Shown: positions 7,504-17,715, numbered from the stretch's first letter. The stretch: DNA of 36,078 nucleotides from Verrucomicrobiota bacterium (GCA_003219435.1 QHOW01000064.1:1-36078), one strand, 5' to 3'. A program made the numbers and translations. Notes: a model not told the origin generated them from the letters alone.

Positions 7504-8190
7504 TCAGCGTTTGCGCATGAGCCAATAGATTTCCCCCGGCCAGGAGGGAAATCTGCTTCCCCACCACAAATTGAATCGAAGCCACGCAGCGGAGTTTTCC
7601 AGCGGGCTTCCGCTGCTCCGCATAAAGAAGGCACCGCTGATGAACTCGGTGGTGCAACCGGCTGCTTCGGCCATTTCAATGACCCGCCGTGGAGAAAATA
7701 CGCTCACATGGCCCATTGGCTGTGCCGTTTTGCGCTCCAGCTTTTGGTGAGACGCGACGAGAAAGTGGGGTAGGACTGGGGAGCCGCCGATCAAGACTCC
7801 GCCTGGCCGTATTCGGCGCGCAACCTTCTGCAAAGCCACATCTGGCTCGAATAGATGCTCAAGTACGTGGAGCAGCACCGCGGCGTCATAATCGCGGGGG
7901 AGATCAAAATCCTGGCTCTCGAGATTCGCCTCCAGAACATCCTCTTTTTTGATCCCGACCTTGCGAAATTTTTCCGTATGGATGACCGCATCTACCACCG
8001 TCCATCGCCCAATATTTGGCTGAACGGGCGCCGAATGAACGAATTGAAGGAATTGTGCCTTGTGCACGCCGATCTCGACCAGATCGATCGGCGCGGCGCG
8101 ACACGCTGATTCGATGCACAACAAATGGTATGCAAACCAGTAGCGCAACAAGCGGATGGGGTAACGGACGCTCTTCGCCTCGGCCGTCAT
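7504..8190 (-). CDS. Class I SAM-dependent methyltransferase (type 11/12-like)
   Basis: DAAVLLHVLEHLFEPDVALQKVARRIRPGGVLIGG block. The start was moved to the ATG at 8190..8188 (MTAEAK), because the longer track ORF overlaps the kinase gene. Confidence 0.65.
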   Translation of the reverse strand: MTAEAKSVRYPIRLLRYWFAYHLLCIESACRAAPIDLVEIGVHKAQFLQFVHSAPVQPNIGRWTVVDAVIHTEKFRKVGIKKEDVLEANLESQDFDLPRDYDAAVLLHVLEHLFEPDVALQKVARRIRPGGVLIGGSPVLPHFLVASHQKLERKTAQPMGHVSVFSPRRVIEMAEAAGCTTEFISGAFFMRSSGSPLENSAAWLRFNLWWGSRFPSWPGEIYWLMRKR

Positions 8191-8320
8191 GTTGAACCGT
8201 TTTGAGCGAACAGCGGCGTTCTCTGCGAGAAACCGAAAGTCCCAATCGAGAGGTCGATAGACTGACGCGTTTTTTTCTGGCACAACGTTCTGCAAAAAAC
8301 GGGACCGGCTACTGCGCACG

Positions 8321-10831
8321 CTATGAGCGGAAGGTCGGCTCCGGCTCAAGCAGATTAGAGATGGCTTCCTCGAGTCGCTCAAAATTGATTGGCTTGGTGA
8401 GATGCTCGGAGAAACCCGCAGCCCGAGCCTCACGCACGTCCTGTTCCGTTCCAAAGCCACTGAGCGCGATTCCGGGAAGAGCTTTGCTGCTTCGCACTTC
8501 TCGCATTAAATCATAGCCGCTGCGGTCCGGCAGCCCGATATCGCTAATGAGAAGATCGAACTCCTGTGTGCGCACTTTTTCCACGGCCTGCTGAGCGGTA
8601 TGGGCCACTGTAATGTGGTAACCGCGGCGCTCCAGCATCCTTTTCAGGCCGGTGCAGGTGTCTCGATGATCGTCCACCACCAGGACGCGCCGATATCTGG
8701 GCAGCTCGACTTCTGTCTCCAACGCGGCGCGCCGATCTTTCCTGGCGCCGTCGCCCTCGCCGTCGCCGCTGACCGGACTCGGCACCGTCGTCAATTCAAG
8801 CGAAAAAGTGGAACCCCGATCCTTCCCGGGGCTCTCCACTCGGATTTTGCCGCCGTGCGCGTCGATTAGCGCCTTCGAAATCGTCAGGCCCAGGCCGAGA
8901 CCTCCAAAACGGCGGGTGACCGAGGTCTGTCCTTGCTCGAAGGCGTTGAAGATTTTCTCGATCTCTTCCGGCTCGATGCCCATTCCAGTATCGGCAATCC
9001 GAATGCTAATCTTCTCCGGCGCGGGGTTGGCGGTTTCAATCGTAATGCGGCCTTTTTCGGGGGTGAATTTCACGCTGTTCTTGATCAAGTTCCAAAAGAC
9101 TTGCTGCAAACGCGCGGGATCGCCTTCGACGCACGCATCGGCGGCGCGAAGACGAAACTCCACTTTGAGATCTTTGGCAGTAATGTCCTCGCGGCAAATT
9201 TCGTAGGCTCGGTGGAGGATTTGGTGCACGCAAATCGTTTCAAAGCTCAGCTGCAATTTGCCTTTCGCGATACGTGTGATGTCGAGCAAATCGTCAATCA
9301 AGCGCGCTTCCAACTCCACGTTGCGCCGAATGACCTCGAGCGCCTCGCGAACCCTCGGCGAATCCGGAATGGTCGCTTCCAATTCTCCGACCATCGCGAT
9401 CACTGGCGAGAGGGGATTGCGTAGTTCGTGCGATAGCAGCGCCAGGAATTGGTCCTTTGCTGCATTTGCGTCAATGAGCTCCTGGCGCAGCTTGACGTCG
9501 CGCGTCTTGTCTTCGACGAGATAAAGCACACCCTGGGTGGTTTCGTGCGAGCCCTGTAAACGCAGCAGATTGATATCCAAAAAATGCGTCATACCCGTTT
9601 TGTCTTTCAACGGCTGTTCTACGAGCTGAAATGGGGTCCCGAAGGAAAGCACTCTCTCAATGGCCTCTTTTGGAGCAATCTTCACGTCATCGAACGTGGC
9701 TTCCGTGACATCCTGACTGGCCGGAATATCCCCGAAACGCTGTGCCATGCGCGCAAAAGCCTCGTTTGCCTGCAGAAAACGGCGCGACTTTGGATCGATA
9801 AAGGCAATGCCGCTCGGCATATTCGCCAGGATCTTTTCGTTAAACACGACTTCACGTTCGATGCGTCGCGTAGATTCTATCTGCCGCTGATAAAATCGCG
9901 TGCCAAGCCACGCGAAAACCGCTGTGAGAACAACCAACCAAGCCGCCAGGATGGTCATTCGCCCGAGAAGATCATGAACCGGTTTGTAGGCCAGACTTTT
10001 CGGCTGCTCGACTACCGCGACCCAGCCGGTCGATTCGATAGGGCTGAAAGAATAAAGATTGCCATGCCGCTCTAAATGCCCGCTCTTGTTCTGGCGGATC
10101 TCATTGAGCAAGATCCCGCCCTCTGGTGAGGTCGCATTGGGATTCGGCTTGAAGTCATTGGCGAAAAGTGCATCGCCGTTTTGATCGAGCACCTCGAAAA
10201 CGAGCTTGTCGGGAAAGGCGATAGCGGATAGGCGCCGTCCCATTCTTTCCACCAGGACAGAGACGCCAACATAACCGAGAATCGTCCGGTCCGGTGCCCG
10301 CACGGCGCCGACGATATCAGTGGCTAGTCGCTTGTCCGATAACCGGGGATGAACTGCCGAAACGAAAGTTTCATTTGATGCCGCAGCTTGCTCGCGCCAG
10401 TAATCAGAGTCAAAATCCTTGCCGATTGTCTCTGGATCCGTTGGGATCGACGCACGCAGGCGCCCGTCTGCCGCAGCCATGAACATTCCGTCGATTTGCG
10501 GATGCGAATAAAATGCTGAGCCGAGCCATTGTTGAGCGAACGGCTCGGGATTCGGCGCGCTCAAAACGTTCGCGACTTCTGGCAGCGTCTGATAGTATCC
10601 AATGATGCTGCTGATTCGGTTAAGCTCATGGCCAACGAGATGGCCCACTAATTGGATCAACGTCTGCCGGTCGCGCAGGATTCGGGTTTCCAGAGTATCA
10701 CGCAGGATAGTGTAGGAAACAATGAGCGTTAAGACCGACGGAATCCATCCCGCCAGGAGGATCGGCAGGATGATCTTCAAACGTTCGAAACGGTCCCGTC
10801 TTCGTTTCCTAAATGCGTCTCGCAATTGCAT
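8321..10831 (-). CDS. Hybrid sensor histidine kinase: periplasmic Cache-like sensor, TM, PAS, HisKA, HATPase and C-terminal receiver
   Basis: H-box LALLSHELRNPLSPV, N/G boxes (GMGIEPEEIEKIFNAFEQG, GGLGLGLTISKALIDAHGG), and a receiver domain (VLVVDDH ... LLISDIGLPDRSGYDL ... LTKPINF). Confidence 0.9.
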   Translation of the reverse strand: MQLRDAFRKRRRDRFERLKIILPILLAGWIPSVLTLIVSYTILRDTLETRILRDRQTLIQLVGHLVGHELNRISSIIGYYQTLPEVANVLSAPNPEPFAQQWLGSAFYSHPQIDGMFMAAADGRLRASIPTDPETIGKDFDSDYWREQAAASNETFVSAVHPRLSDKRLATDIVGAVRAPDRTILGYVGVSVLVERMGRRLSAIAFPDKLVFEVLDQNGDALFANDFKPNPNATSPEGGILLNEIRQNKSGHLERHGNLYSFSPIESTGWVAVVEQPKSLAYKPVHDLLGRMTILAAWLVVLTAVFAWLGTRFYQRQIESTRRIEREVVFNEKILANMPSGIAFIDPKSRRFLQANEAFARMAQRFGDIPASQDVTEATFDDVKIAPKEAIERVLSFGTPFQLVEQPLKDKTGMTHFLDINLLRLQGSHETTQGVLYLVEDKTRDVKLRQELIDANAAKDQFLALLSHELRNPLSPVIAMVGELEATIPDSPRVREALEVIRRNVELEARLIDDLLDITRIAKGKLQLSFETICVHQILHRAYEICREDITAKDLKVEFRLRAADACVEGDPARLQQVFWNLIKNSVKFTPEKGRITIETANPAPEKISIRIADTGMGIEPEEIEKIFNAFEQGQTSVTRRFGGLGLGLTISKALIDAHGGKIRVESPGKDRGSTFSLELTTVPSPVSGDGEGDGARKDRRAALETEVELPRYRRVLVVDDHRDTCTGLKRMLERRGYHITVAHTAQQAVEKVRTQEFDLLISDIGLPDRSGYDLMREVRSSKALPGIALSGFGTEQDVREARAAGFSEHLTKPINFERLEEAISNLLEPEPTFRS

Positions 10832-11090
10832 ATCCCTTGGTTGCGAAAAATTGGCTTATCACCGTTAACCCGCTCGCCGCCTCAGGCAAGGCGAATGTCG
10901 GCGGCAGCCCTAATGCTTGGGGTAATCGGCTTAGCGAATCGCGAGGTTTTAACTCCCGCGTTTGCCTGTGGCCAACATGATGGGGCCGGGTTTTCAAAGC
11001 CAAACGCGCGATTTTTCAATTGACGCACCGGCTGGAAACGGCATCATGACGCCCTTGCTGCTTTAACCATCGGCAGCTGCGGAAACTCCC

Positions 11091-12596
11091 ATGCAAGGAA
11101 GCCTCGGACACATCATCTGGACGGTCTGCTATCTGAGTGTGCTGGCTGGTCTTTCCGCTTACGGCATTCACCGTTATTTCATCATCTATCTGTATCTGAA
11201 GAACCGGAAGCATCCGCCTGTTCCGGCCGGCAGATTTGAACAACTGCCGAAGGTGACCGTGCAGTTACCGATCTTTAATGAGGTTTATGTGGCCGAGCGT
11301 TTGCTTCGTTCGGTCAGTGAACTGGACTATCCGCAGCATCTTCTCCAGATCCAGGTGCTGGATGATTCGACAGATGACACGCGCGAGATCGTCTCGTCGT
11401 ACGCAGACAAACTCCGCCGGCGCGGCTTTAATGTGCAATGTCTTCATCGGGTTGCTCGCACCGGTTTCAAGGCCGGCGCGCTGGCGGCCGGCTTGGAAGC
11501 CGCGGAAGGCGAGTTCCTCTGTATTCTTGATGCCGATTTTGTCCCTCGGCCAGAGCTTCTAAAGCGCACGATTCATTTTTTTACCGATCCGAGAATAGGA
11601 ATGATTCAGACCAGGTGGGGCCACTTAAATCGCGGTTATTCCCTTCTCACGCGCATGCAGGCGATTTTTCTGGATGGACATCTCTTGCTGGAGCAAACTG
11701 CGCGCAGCCGCAGCGGCCGTTTTTTTAATTTTAATGGAACCGCCGGTCTATGGCGACGTTCGTGTATCGAACAAAGCGGAGGCTGGCAGCACGATACGCT
11801 GTGCGAAGATCTCGATCTTAGCTATCGCGCCCAGCTGGTGGGCTGGAAATTCATTTATCTTTCCGACGTGGTAACGCCAGCGGAATTGCCGGTGGATATG
11901 AACGGCTTCAAATCTCAGCAGCATCGCTGGACAAAGGGTTCGATCCAGACGTGCAAGAAATTGCTGCCTACGATATGGCGCAGCCGGCTTCCGTTTCCAA
12001 TCAAACTGGAGGCCACTGGTCATTTGATGTCCAACTTCGCCTACCTGCTGCTTGTCTTTTTATGCGTCCTCTTGCATCCCTCCGCAGGCGGGGTCCAGGG
12101 CGGGTGGCTGCGGACCCTGTTCATCGATGTTCCGATCTTCTTCGCCGCATCGGTCTCAGTCGCGGTGTTTTATGTTTGCGCGCAGCGCGAGCTGCATCCG
12201 CGCACATGGAAGAAACAGATCTTATTCCTGCCGTGCTTACTCGCCCTCGGCATTGGGCTTTCACTCAACAACGCGCGCGCGGTGCTAGAAGCACTCTTCA
12301 ATCACCAATCCGATTTCACGCGCACCCCCAAGTATGGAATCGAACGCAAATCGCAGCCTTGGCGAACTTGCAAATATCAGCTGGCGAAACCGATGTTGCC
12401 ATTGGCGGAGCTGGCATTCGCAATTTATTTCACTTATTTTATTTGGTTCGCGATTGGGCATGGCCAGTTCCTCTCGGTGCCCTTCCTTCTCATGTTCCAA
12501 GGCGGTTTCCTTTATGTCTGTCTCTCTTCATTAGCCAGTCGCTGGCCAAGAATCAGTCTTGGCAGTTCACGCGCTGGCGCCGAAATTCCCGCGTGA
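11091..12596 (+). CDS. Processive family 2 glycosyltransferase (cellulose synthase / CslA-like membrane beta-glycan synthase)
   Basis: VQLPIFNE, VLDDSTDDT, ILDADF and the QQHRW (QxxRW) motif, plus N- and C-terminal TM segments. Confidence 0.85.
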   Translation: MQGSLGHIIWTVCYLSVLAGLSAYGIHRYFIIYLYLKNRKHPPVPAGRFEQLPKVTVQLPIFNEVYVAERLLRSVSELDYPQHLLQIQVLDDSTDDTREIVSSYADKLRRRGFNVQCLHRVARTGFKAGALAAGLEAAEGEFLCILDADFVPRPELLKRTIHFFTDPRIGMIQTRWGHLNRGYSLLTRMQAIFLDGHLLLEQTARSRSGRFFNFNGTAGLWRRSCIEQSGGWQHDTLCEDLDLSYRAQLVGWKFIYLSDVVTPAELPVDMNGFKSQQHRWTKGSIQTCKKLLPTIWRSRLPFPIKLEATGHLMSNFAYLLLVFLCVLLHPSAGGVQGGWLRTLFIDVPIFFAASVSVAVFYVCAQRELHPRTWKKQILFLPCLLALGIGLSLNNARAVLEALFNHQSDFTRTPKYGIERKSQPWRTCKYQLAKPMLPLAELAFAIYFTYFIWFAIGHGQFLSVPFLLMFQGGFLYVCLSSLASRWPRISLGSSRAGAEIPA

Positions 12597-12628
12597 CAAA
12601 ACTCCAATTATCGGTTAAGAGGGTGCGC

Positions 12629-13327
12629 ATGTTTCGGCCCCTCGCTCTGATTTTCAGTTTAGTTTCACTTGCTCCCACCCTTTTCGCCACACAACTCGAC
12701 CCTTCCCATCATTTGATAATAAGCATCCGCGATCAGAAGCTGATGCTGCTGCAGAACGGCGCAAAAGTGGCAACTTACCCGATTTCCACGTCCAAGTTCG
12801 GTTTGGGCGATTTTTGGGGACGAATGACAACTCCGCTTGGTTACCTCGCTGTCGCGAAGAAAATCGGCGACCACGCACCGGCGGGCGCTGTTTTCCGTAA
12901 CCGCCGATTCACAGGAGAAATTCTTGCACCAAATGCTCCGGGTCGCGATCCGGTAATTACCCGAATCCTTTGGCTACGTGGCTTGGAAGGTCAAAATGCC
13001 CACGCCTTTCGCCGTTGCATTTACATTCATGGCACGCCGGAAGAGAAAAGGATCGGCCGTCCAGCCAGCTACGGCTGCATCAGGATGAAATCGAGCGATA
13101 TCGCCGCCCTATACAATCAAGTTCCGCTCGGAGCGATTGTACAAATCGTTCCCGATGGTTTGCCTAAGGTATCAAAGGCCGTGCCAGCGCCATCGGTCGA
13201 TACTCTCATGGCCCTGAGTGAAAAGACCAAAAATCAGGATCAGCTTGGTTCCGCGCGCCGGACAGACAAGGCGACGCCTTTACTGAATAAGCGGGCATCG
13301 ATCGCCCAAAATAGCCCGCGCGCATAA
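12629..13327 (+). CDS. L,D-transpeptidase (YkuD domain) with signal peptide
   Basis: YIHGTPEEKRIGRPASYGCIRM catalytic His/Cys motif. The start is set at MFRPLALIFSLVSLAP (ATG 12629), because the upstream part of the 458-aa track ORF lies inside the GT2 gene in another frame. Confidence 0.85.
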   Translation: MFRPLALIFSLVSLAPTLFATQLDPSHHLIISIRDQKLMLLQNGAKVATYPISTSKFGLGDFWGRMTTPLGYLAVAKKIGDHAPAGAVFRNRRFTGEILAPNAPGRDPVITRILWLRGLEGQNAHAFRRCIYIHGTPEEKRIGRPASYGCIRMKSSDIAALYNQVPLGAIVQIVPDGLPKVSKAVPAPSVDTLMALSEKTKNQDQLGSARRTDKATPLLNKRASIAQNSPRA

Positions 13328-13356
13328 AGGCGCATTTGCTCTTTTTTGATCAAGCG

Positions 13357-13605
13357 ATGGCTAACACGAAATCAGCCGCCAAGCGCGCCCGCCAGACAGC
13401 CGGGCGATCACTTCGCAATCGCAGCGTTTTGACACAATTGCGGACAATTCAGAAGCAGGTGCGTTCCGCGGCGCCGCCCAGCGCTGATCAAATCCGCGCG
13501 GTCATCTCGGCGATCGACAAAGCTGCAAAGCGCGGCATCGTTCATCGAAACGCCGCCATTCGCCGCAAAGCGCGCCTCAATAAAGCGCTGGCAGTGGCTA
13601 AATAG
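13357..13605 (+). CDS. rpsT: 30S ribosomal protein S20
   Basis: MANTKSAAKRARQTAGRSLRNRSV ... KRGIVHRNAAIRRKARL is typical bS20. Confidence 0.9.
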   Translation: MANTKSAAKRARQTAGRSLRNRSVLTQLRTIQKQVRSAAPPSADQIRAVISAIDKAAKRGIVHRNAAIRRKARLNKALAVAK

Positions 13606-13683
13606 TGGAGTATTGGGGCGCTGGAGTAACGGAGTGATGAACTTACTCTGAAGCGAATACTCCACCACTCCACTACTCCATTG
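13604..13683. repeat. GGAGT-rich imperfect hairpin element, copy 2, immediately after the rpsT stop
   Basis: AGTGGAGTATTGGGGCGCTGGAGTAACGGAGTGATG faces GAATACTCCACCACTCCACTACTCCATTG. Its minus-strand reading shares TCAATGGAGTnnTGGAGTnnnGGAGTATT with the plus-strand reading of copy 1. Confidence 0.75.
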
Positions 13684-13732
13684 ATCCATGATCTTCCCTT
13701 TGCAAGTCTCGTGGGACAGATAGATTCTCCGA

Positions 13733-14329
13733 ATGATTCCCGCTCTGCTCCTCATTTCTTCGGCCGTCGCTTATCGCGTCACAACGGGGCTCTTGATTCA
13801 TTCCGGCGCAAGCTGGCTTTCCAACTTCGCGCCGCTCGCAGCGATCGCGCTTTGCAGCGCAGCTTACTTGCCAAAGAAATACAAATTCTCGGTGCCGCTG
13901 GTTACACTTTTTATTTCCGACGCGGTCATAAACTTTCGTTACGGCGCGCCGTTGCTCGACCCGCAGATTCTCCTGCGTTATTTCGCCCTCGCGTTGGTTG
14001 GGGGACTCGGAGTTCTGTTGCAAAATCGTGCTTCGCTCAGGACGCTCTTGCCGGCTTCGATTGTTGGCTCGACGATTTTTTATATGATAACGAACGCGTT
14101 CTCCTGGTTGAGCGATCCAGGTTACGCAAAAAATCTGGGAGGCCTTATTCAGGCGCTCACGATAGGCCTGCCTCAATACAGCGCGACGCCGAGCTGGATG
14201 TTTTTCCGTAACTCACTAATCAGCGATCTTCTATTCACGCTGCTCTTTGTTATCTCCATGAACTTCGGCCGCAGTGCTGAGAGCTCGCGTGCACGGGCCG
14301 CGCGGTTCCGTCCCGCCGCCGCGGGATAA
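13733..14329 (+). CDS. Polytopic membrane protein of unknown function (resembles the DUF6580 type, from memory)
   Basis: About five hydrophobic segments. NFAPLAAIALCSAAYLPKK ... PLVTLFISDAVINF resembles the NFxPxxAxALFxGAY ... SDxxLN pattern of DUF6580 proteins. No search was possible. Confidence 0.55.
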   Translation: MIPALLLISSAVAYRVTTGLLIHSGASWLSNFAPLAAIALCSAAYLPKKYKFSVPLVTLFISDAVINFRYGAPLLDPQILLRYFALALVGGLGVLLQNRASLRTLLPASIVGSTIFYMITNAFSWLSDPGYAKNLGGLIQALTIGLPQYSATPSWMFFRNSLISDLLFTLLFVISMNFGRSAESSRARAARFRPAAAG

Positions 14330-14334
14330 CCGCC

Positions 14335-15312
14335 ATGCAGCCGGGGCAGCAGCGCGACGAAGTCGAGATGCTCGCGCTTATGTTGTTGATCCGGCGCTTT
14401 GAGGAACGCGCCAGTCAGCAATATCAAGCGCAGAAAATAGGCGGCTTTTGTCATCTTTACATTGGTCAGGAAGCCGTCGTAACAGGCGCCCTCGCGGCTG
14501 TGCGCGAAGACGATTACGTCATTACCGCTTATCGCGATCACGCTCACGCGCTCGCTCGCGGGACAAGTGCGGATGCCTGTATGGCAGAGCTTTTTGGAAA
14601 GGAGACCGGCTGCTCGCAGGGCCTGGGTGGCTCCATGCATTTTTTCAACCGGAAAAATCACATGTACGGCGGTCATGCTATTGTTGGCGCCCACGTTCCG
14701 CTGGCGGTGGGAATGGCTTTTGCCACCAAGTACCGGGACGAAGATCGGGTCACGCTTTGCTTCTTCGGTGACGGCGCGATCAATCAAGGAGCTTTCCACG
14801 AAGCTCTGAATCTCGCCGCGCTTTATAAATTGCCGATCATATTCATTTGCGAAAACAACCTCTTCGCCATGGGCACATCGGTAAAGAGATCGACATCGCT
14901 TAAACAAATCGTCGATCGGGCGGAGGGCTACGACATCCCGGGAGAAATTGTCGATGGAATGAACTTTCGCGAAGTGCGCGACAAGGTCGCCGAGATCGCC
15001 GAGTCCATTCGGAAGGAGCCCCACCCGGCCTTTTTGGAAGTGCGCACTTACCGGTATCGCGGCCACTCGATGTCGGATCCGGCAAGCTATCGAACCAAGG
15101 AGGAACTGGAAAAATATCGCTTGGACGATCCAATCACGCGTTTGCGTGCGCAGCTCACCCGCGAGGGGAAGTTAACCAACGAACAATTCGATCTGCTCGA
15201 TAAACGCGCGAAGGAAACGGTGCTGGCTGCCGTAAAGTTTGCCGAGAAAAGCCCTGAACCGCGGCTCGACAAGCTTTACGATTATACTTACGCCGATGGA
15301 GCGAAGCCGTGA
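14335..15312 (+). CDS. pdhA: Pyruvate dehydrogenase E1 component alpha subunit
   Basis: GFCHLYIGQEAV and the thiamine diphosphate (ThDP) motif GDGAINQGAFHEALNLAALYKLPIIFICENN. Confidence 0.95.
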   Translation: MQPGQQRDEVEMLALMLLIRRFEERASQQYQAQKIGGFCHLYIGQEAVVTGALAAVREDDYVITAYRDHAHALARGTSADACMAELFGKETGCSQGLGGSMHFFNRKNHMYGGHAIVGAHVPLAVGMAFATKYRDEDRVTLCFFGDGAINQGAFHEALNLAALYKLPIIFICENNLFAMGTSVKRSTSLKQIVDRAEGYDIPGEIVDGMNFREVRDKVAEIAESIRKEPHPAFLEVRTYRYRGHSMSDPASYRTKEELEKYRLDDPITRLRAQLTREGKLTNEQFDLLDKRAKETVLAAVKFAEKSPEPRLDKLYDYTYADGAKP

Positions 15313-16292
15313 GGGAAATTACTTATCGCCAGGCACTCAACGAAGCGCTCGCGGAGGAGCTTGAGCGCGATCCGAACGTTTTTCTCATGGGCGAAGAGGT
15401 TGCCGAATACCAGGGCGCTTACAAAGTAAGCCACGATTTGCTTCAGCGCTTTGGGCCGCGGCGGATCATCGATACGCCAATTAGTGAGAACGGATTTGCC
15501 GGCCTGGGGGTGGGAGCGGCAATGGTCGGGCTGCGGCCGATAATCGAGTTCATGACGTTCAGTTTTTCGCTCGTTGCGTTCGATCAGGTTGTGAACAACG
15601 CCCCAAACATGTTCACGATGTCCGGCGGGCAATTCAATATTCCTATCACCTTCCGCGGCCCGAATGGGCCGGCGCATCAGCTCGGCGCCACTCATTCCCA
15701 TGCAACGGAGAATTTTTACGCCAGCGTGCCGGGCCTCAAGGTTTGCACGCCGGCGACGCCGCGGGACGCAAAAGGATTGTTGAAAACCGCCGTGCGCGAT
15801 AACAATCCGGTGCTCGTTTTAGAAGCAGAACTGCTGTACAGCTCAAAAGGAATGGTCGAACCGCCCGATGAGGAGCTGCTCATCCCACTCGGAAAAGCGG
15901 AGGTGAAACGCGAAGGCAGCGATGTTTCGATCATCTGTTACGCGCAAACTGTGCCGCTCGCGCTTAACGTGGCGGCCCAATTGGAAGAGGAAGATATCTC
16001 CGCGGAGATTGTCGATCTGCGTTCCATCAAGCCACTGGATGAGAGAGCAATTCTCGATTCGGTTGCAAAAACCCATCGCGTAGTGATCGCCGAGCAAGAT
16101 CATCCGTTTTGCGGCGTCGGCGCAGAGGTCTGCTACCGGATTCAGAAAAACATTTTTGATGAGCTCGACGCGCCCATCATTCGCGTATCACAAGAAGATG
16201 TTCCAATGCCTTACAATGAGCGCCTCGAGAAGGCTGTGCTTCCGAATGCGGAGAAATTAATCGCGGCCGTGAAAAAGGTCTGCTACGCGTGA
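15309..16292 (+). CDS. pdhB: Pyruvate dehydrogenase E1 component beta subunit
   Basis: Typical E1-beta sequence (RIIDTPISENGFAGLGVGAAMVGLRPI). There is a 4-nt overlap with pdhA. Confidence 0.95.
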   Translation: MREITYRQALNEALAEELERDPNVFLMGEEVAEYQGAYKVSHDLLQRFGPRRIIDTPISENGFAGLGVGAAMVGLRPIIEFMTFSFSLVAFDQVVNNAPNMFTMSGGQFNIPITFRGPNGPAHQLGATHSHATENFYASVPGLKVCTPATPRDAKGLLKTAVRDNNPVLVLEAELLYSSKGMVEPPDEELLIPLGKAEVKREGSDVSIICYAQTVPLALNVAAQLEEEDISAEIVDLRSIKPLDERAILDSVAKTHRVVIAEQDHPFCGVGAEVCYRIQKNIFDELDAPIIRVSQEDVPMPYNERLEKAVLPNAEKLIAAVKKVCYA

Positions 16293-16335
16293 TCCTCGCT
16301 TTTCGCTTCAACGCTTTAACTTTTCAACAAATCCC

Positions 16336-17715
16336 ATGCCTGAAATCCAGATGCCAAAGCTCAGTGACACGATGACCGAGGGCACTCTTGTCGCGTGGAA
16401 GAAGAAGAAAGGCGACACCGTTTCAGCCGGCGAGGTGCTCGCGGAAATCGAGACCGACAAGGCGACGATGGAATGGGAATCGCCTGAGGACGGAACCCTC
16501 ACGGAAATTTATGTCGAAGAAGGCGGCAAGGTGAATGTCGGCGACAAGATCGCGTTTATTGGCGGTGAAGGCGAGGAAGCGCCGAAGGAAGAAGAGGAAA
16601 AAGCGAAGGAAGAGAAAGAGGAAAAACCGGAAGCCGAAGAGGAGAAGGAAGAAGAAAAAGAAGCGAAGCCGAAAAAGGAAGCAGCAAAGAAAGAGCCGGA
16701 GAAAAAAGAAGAGAAACCAAAGAAAGAAGAAAAGCCGGAGGAGCCGAAGGCGGAAGAGAAAGAGGAACAAGAAACGGTGGCACGCAAAGCGGAAAAGAAA
16801 GCTGAAGCCGAAAAGCCCGCGCCGAAAGTTGAAAAGTCTGAAGAAGCGCGCGTGAAAGCGTCGCCGGTCGCGCGTCGAATCGCGGCCGAGCTCGGCGTCG
16901 ATCTTGCCAGCGTAAAGGGAACCGGTCCGGAAGGCCGCGTGACGGAGACCGACGTGCGCGCCGCGGCAAAATCAAAACCCCCCACTCCAAAACCTTCCGC
17001 CTCAGTGGCCATTAAGACCGGTGAAAGCGCGCGTATTCAACTTTCCGGAATGCGCAAAATCATTGCGCAACGGTTGGTCGAAAGCCTCGGTCCGGTTCCC
17101 CATTTTTATCTCAACATCGACATCGACGCCGGGCCACTTATGGAAGCACGCGAGGAGTTGAAGTCCGCCGGGGAAGGCGCGGACGCTGCGAAAATCACGG
17201 TAAACGACTTCGTTTTGAAGGCGGCGGTGCAAGCGGCGGTGAAAATTCCGCGTGTTAACGCCTCCTTCGATGGCGACGCGATTGTGCAGTACGCTGATGT
17301 CGATCTTGGCATCGCGGTCGCGATTGAAGACGGGCTACTGACGCCAGTCATTCGGGCTGCCCAAAACAAATCGCTGCGTGAGATCAGCGAACTGGCCAAG
17401 AATTTGGCGCATCGCGCACGCAACAAGCGGATGAAGCCGGAAGAATTTCAAGGCGGCACATTCACCGTTTCGAATCTTGGTGGCATGGGCATCGACAGTT
17501 TTTCCGCTGTCATTAATCCGCCGCAAGGATTCATTCTCGCCATCGGCAGGATCACAAAAGTTCCGGTGATCGACGATTGCGACCAAATCGTTGTCGGCCA
17601 TCGCATGTCGATCACGATGAGCTGCGACCATCGTGTCATCGACGGTGCTCTCGGTGCGGAATATCTGAAAGAACTCCGCCATCTGCTGGAAAATCCGGCG
17701 CTGCTCTTGGTCTGA
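16336..17715 (+). CDS. pdhC: Dihydrolipoamide acetyltransferase (E2) of the pyruvate dehydrogenase complex
   Basis: Lipoyl domain (EIETDKATMEWESPEDG), E3/E1-binding domain (ASPVARRIAAELGVDLASVKGTGPEGRV) and catalytic DHRVIDGA. It has an unusually long E/K/P-rich linker. Confidence 0.95.
   Translation: MPEIQMPKLSDTMTEGTLVAWKKKKGDTVSAGEVLAEIETDKATMEWESPEDGTLTEIYVEEGGKVNVGDKIAFIGGEGEEAPKEEEEKAKEEKEEKPEAEEEKEEEKEAKPKKEAAKKEPEKKEEKPKKEEKPEEPKAEEKEEQETVARKAEKKAEAEKPAPKVEKSEEARVKASPVARRIAAELGVDLASVKGTGPEGRVTETDVRAAAKSKPPTPKPSASVAIKTGESARIQLSGMRKIIAQRLVESLGPVPHFYLNIDIDAGPLMEAREELKSAGEGADAAKITVNDFVLKAAVQAAVKIPRVNASFDGDAIVQYADVDLGIAVAIEDGLLTPVIRAAQNKSLREISELAKNLAHRARNKRMKPEEFQGGTFTVSNLGGMGIDSFSAVINPPQGFILAIGRITKVPVIDDCDQIVVGHRMSITMSCDHRVIDGALGAEYLKELRHLLENPALLLV

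Noticed and set aside
10832-11090. c-di-GMP riboswitch upstream of the GT2 glycan synthase
   Set aside because: Only a short CAAAGCC string resembles the GEMM-I consensus, and no paired tetraloop-receptor architecture could be traced by eye.
11951-12628. N-terminal 226 codons of the 458-aa ORF 11951..13327
   Set aside because: This part overlaps the GT2 gene in another frame. The real L,D-transpeptidase begins at the signal peptide, ATG 12629.
14173-15066. 297-aa minus-strand ORF
   Set aside because: It lies entirely antisense to pdhA, whose identity is unambiguous. Long antisense ORFs are expected at this GC content.
16423-17012. Four overlapping ORFs (poly-R/K, poly-F/L, poly-S) in several frames on both strands
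   Set aside because: They are artefacts of the GAA/AAG low-complexity DNA that encodes the E2 linker. None has a plausible start context or an independent signal.
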